NCBI GenBank assembly: GCA_035489575.1
Contig: DATHJY010000013.1
Coordinates: forward strand, 219,346 to 283,345
Reading direction: 5' to 3'
Source: Verrucomicrobiia bacterium
GTDB lineage: Bacteria; Patescibacteriota; Saccharimonadia; Saccharimonadales; JAGQNK01
Length of the DNA stretch: 64,000 bases
The translations under genes were made by a program, and so were the position numbers. The stretch's first letter is position 1. Every line of letters starts with the position of its first letter. Under the pieces are notes generated by a model. The model worked only from the letters and a program-made list of their open reading frames with translations. It was not told the DNA's origin and searched no databases. Positions 61,744 to 64,000 of the stretch are shown piece after piece.

Positions 61744-64000
61744 CTACTGGTTGTAGTAGGTAAAGTCGAGATTCTCGATGTAGACATTGGCATTACTTTT
61801 GGCCATGGTGCTTACTTTAAAGATAACGTAGTCACCTCCAACCCAGCCGCATGTTGTCTCGCCAGCCCCCCCCAAAGTTGTCGTGTTCCAGGCGCTCGTC
61901 CCTGTCGTTACAGTGGTCGTACCACCGCACTGGCTAATAGAACCGCCAGATACATTCTTTCTGTACACCTCAAGGCTCGCCTGCGCGTTAGTGGCATGGT
62001 CTTTATATGCGGTAAGTCGAATAGTACTATCACTCGCAAATGTCTTGAAGGTTGTTGGTAGCTTGTACGTTACGTAGATACTATAAGTCTGATCGGTTGC
62101 CTGCGGACTTGTCCAACGGTAGTAGTTGCGCGCTTCACCAGAGGCACAGAAGCTAGTATTGGCGCTCAGGCCACCGCCATTACCGCAGAAGTCAGCCGTC
62201 ATAGTACCGATGCCAGACCCGTTCAGTACGGCACCGGTATACTCTGGCGTCAGGGTAACGATGTTGTCTGGGGCCGAACCGCAAGCACCCCACCCATCAG
62301 ATTCGTAACACTGGATACGTCCGGTTGTCGTGTCATAGTACATAGACCCAAGGTAGGTTGTATCACCATTCGCCACAGGTGGCGCCGTAGAACGATCAAG
62401 CGTGAAGAGCGTAACCTGACCACCGTTAATTCCGCCGCCAATCTGTACATTAGATGGTTGGGTGGTGCCGTCATTGCGCATAAAGCTAAGGTTATCAATC
62501 CAGAAAGTCCTACCAATTCCATCTGTTTGCCTGATGATGAGGTCGGGGTTTATTGCGGTTGTGCCATCAGTGGTAATCGTGCAAGTAATCTTTGTCCACA
62601 CAGAGGTAGAGAGTGTCTGTGTGCTATAGCTCGTACATGGTTCCAGATCGGTCCCGCCATCTCGAGAGTATTGAACGTCTAGAGTCGTAAATGTTCCTGA
62701 TGATAGTTTTGCCGTAAACGAAACTTGATAGGTAGTACCGGCTACAGGGTTTGCGCTCAAGTTGTTACGAACACCATGATTTGTAGTGGTGGTGACCACC
62801 TGCATGCCCGCCAAGCCGGTGACAAACTGGCCAGCAGTAGTCGTTCGCGTTACAGTGCCACCAGCCGGAGCAGCCGTCCAGTTTGTTCCAAAGGTACCCA
62901 AGGTCTCGGAACCACCGTTAGCCGCAAGTTCGGTACCAAAGTTATTAACACTGAAAAGGTTAGTTCCGATCGATGATTGTACCTCGAATATTCCACCGCT
63001 GATAGGACTCGTGGCATTGTTGCGTATCGTCAAGCCGTCAGCACTGCCCCCTGGAGCATTCAGCACCAGCTCGGCTCCACCCGCAGAGGTCAAAGTATTG
63101 TTGTAGGCAGACTGAAGGTCGGTGGAGCTTGAGGCGCCCGCAGCAGTCCAGTCTGAACCATTCCAGATCATAGTAGCGGTAGTATTGGGCTTCATAGCTA
63201 TGGTATTGCCAGTACCCCCGCCGTTGACGGAGAGAGTGAAGTCATTTGCGCCCACATTCGTCACGTACATTATGCGGCCTGCCGTAGTTATGGTTGGGTC
63301 ACCAAGCGTAGCTGTCAAACCTGGATTGGTCGCGTTTATTAATACCGCACCATTGCCGTCAACGTTAGCCTGGGTAACTGCACAGTTGCTCGAGCAGTTC
63401 TGTGCACTCGCAGTACTGATGGTTGGTGTATCTATTACAACGAGTCCTTTAACCCCTGTACCAAAGCCTGTGCCACCATTCAAAATCAAGTTACCGCCGT
63501 TAGCGTTGCCTACGGTTGCGTTGCCGCCCTGAAGCGTTAAGGCTCCGCCGGCGACAGCTGTGGTCGAGCTACCTGTACCGCGGATAGCAAACGCGTTAGG
63601 TGCAGCAGCAGTCACCCCGTTACCCATGTATAAATTATTACTCGTATCAAAGGTAGCACGAGTCGTACCGCCCGTATTAATGATCGCACCGCCCGTTCCG
63701 CCTTGAATAGTGGTAGCCGATGTCCCGGTAGTCGACCCAAGAGTTGTACTATGATCCGTGCCATTATTACCTATGCCGCAAGTACCCGTTCCGCAAATGA
63801 TAGAGACCGACGTATTACCGGTATTGTTACCGATAGTAACCGACTTGGCATTTCCACCTGTACCTACGTTGACAGCCCCTGTCGTACCCGAGTCTAACGT
63901 CATGGCAGTTGTAGTTGCACTTGTTACCGACAGAGCCCCCACCGTATTGGTTATGGTACCACTCTGTACGTCAAGCGTACCGTCAAGCCGGGTTATTCCA
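61744..64000 (-). CDS. Large Gly/Thr/Asn-rich beta-helix-like surface protein with a C-terminal jelly-roll (CBM-like) region; 5' end beyond the window (partial)
   Basis: The track ORF starts at a GTG (63942), but my translation shows the frame stays open to base 64000. It contains degenerate repeats (GGTGGAIINTGGTT, LQGGNATVGNANGGNLILNGGTGFGTG) and a C-terminal segment (NWTAAPAGGTVTRTT...YQVSFTAKLSSGTFTTLDVQYS...FWIDNLSFMRN) that resembles carbohydrate-binding jelly-roll modules. Confidence 0.7.
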   Translation of the reverse strand, partial: GITRLDGTLDVQSGTITNTVGALSVTSATTTAMTLDSGTTGAVNVGTGGNAKSVTIGNNTGNTSVSIICGTGTCGIGNNGTDHSTTLGSTTGTSATTIQGGTGGAIINTGGTTRATFDTSNNLYMGNGVTAAAPNAFAIRGTGSSTTAVAGGALTLQGGNATVGNANGGNLILNGGTGFGTGVKGLVVIDTPTISTASAQNCSSNCAVTQANVDGNGAVLINATNPGLTATLGDPTITTAGRIMYVTNVGANDFTLSVNGGGTGNTIAMKPNTTATMIWNGSDWTAAGASSSTDLQSAYNNTLTSAGGAELVLNAPGGSADGLTIRNNATSPISGGIFEVQSSIGTNLFSVNNFGTELAANGGSETLGTFGTNWTAAPAGGTVTRTTTAGQFVTGLAGMQVVTTTTNHGVRNNLSANPVAGTTYQVSFTAKLSSGTFTTLDVQYSRDGGTDLEPCTSYSTQTLSTSVWTKITCTITTDGTTAINPDLIIRQTDGIGRTFWIDNLSFMRNDGTTQPSNVQIGGGINGGQVTLFTLDRSTAPPVANGDTTYLGSMYYDTTTGRIQCYESDGWGACGSAPDNIVTLTPEYTGAVLNGSGIGTMTADFCGNGGGLSANTSFCASGEARNYYRWTSPQATDQTYSIYVTYKLPTTFKTFASDSTIRLTAYKDHATNAQASLEVYRKNVSGGSISQCGGTTTVTTGTSAWNTTTLGGAGETTCGWVGGDYVIFKVSTMAKSNANVYIENLDFTYYNQ

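Noticed and set aside
1-64000. CRISPR arrays, tRNA/rRNA genes, transposases, integrases, and reverse transcriptase/DGR elements.
   Set aside because: I saw no regularly spaced direct repeats. No intergenic gap has a tRNA cloverleaf or T-arm (GGTTCGAATCC-like) signature. No ORF has DDE, tyrosine-recombinase or RT motifs. A scan by eye can miss tRNAs embedded in unexpected places, so tRNAscan-SE/Infernal should confirm.

Overview
The window is almost entirely coding. About 50 of roughly 60 genes lie on the minus strand, with tiny or overlapping intergenic gaps, and GC is roughly 50% by eye. Most genes are housekeeping: glyQS, recO, xseAB, rpmA, pyrG, ftsEX, prfB, secA, hpf, serS, rsmE, msrA, greA, proS, rseP, uppS, frr, tsf, rpsB, rpmE, prfA, prmC, htrA, lepB and parAB.

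Several traits suggest a reduced-genome monoderm, most plausibly a CPR/Patescibacteria (Saccharibacteria-like) episymbiont. This is inference, not a database result:
- the rpsB-tsf-frr-uppS-rseP cluster has no pyrH, cdsA or dxr
- SecA has a basic tail instead of its zinc finger
- EF-Ts is short
- there are giant Cys-rich surface proteins
- there is a heliorhodopsin-like 7-TM protein

I recognised no rRNA, tRNA, CRISPR array, transposase or integrase.

The items most worth a second look are:
1. A three-gene cassette (3882-7127) of a KwaB-like (DUF4868-type) protein, a NYN nuclease and a PIF1 helicase, with no KwaA. It sits in an accessory block and may be an undescribed defence architecture.
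2. An AT-rich island (10272-11519) fused to the 3' end of glyQS. It carries an N-terminally truncated HipA/HipT-like kinase followed by an overlapping 100-aa ORF, with no HipB.
3. Two small islands with very high third-position GC (9078-9770 and 27764-27961). They look like imports from a high-GC, actinobacterial-type donor.
4. A histidine-kinase-like and receiver pair in which both phospho-acceptor residues appear replaced by Glu, translationally coupled to recO.
5. A heliorhodopsin-like gene with a Lys/Thr/Ala-rich N-terminal tail, next to msrA.
6. A surface-protein operon (55348-64000) with an 1830-aa protein of about 18 Kelch blades and a second Gly/Thr-rich giant, running directly into parAB.
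7. A roughly 165-nt intergenic element closed by a perfect 16-bp inverted repeat (14694-14857).

All family assignments were made by eye from motifs in the translated ORFs. None has been checked by HMM or BLAST.
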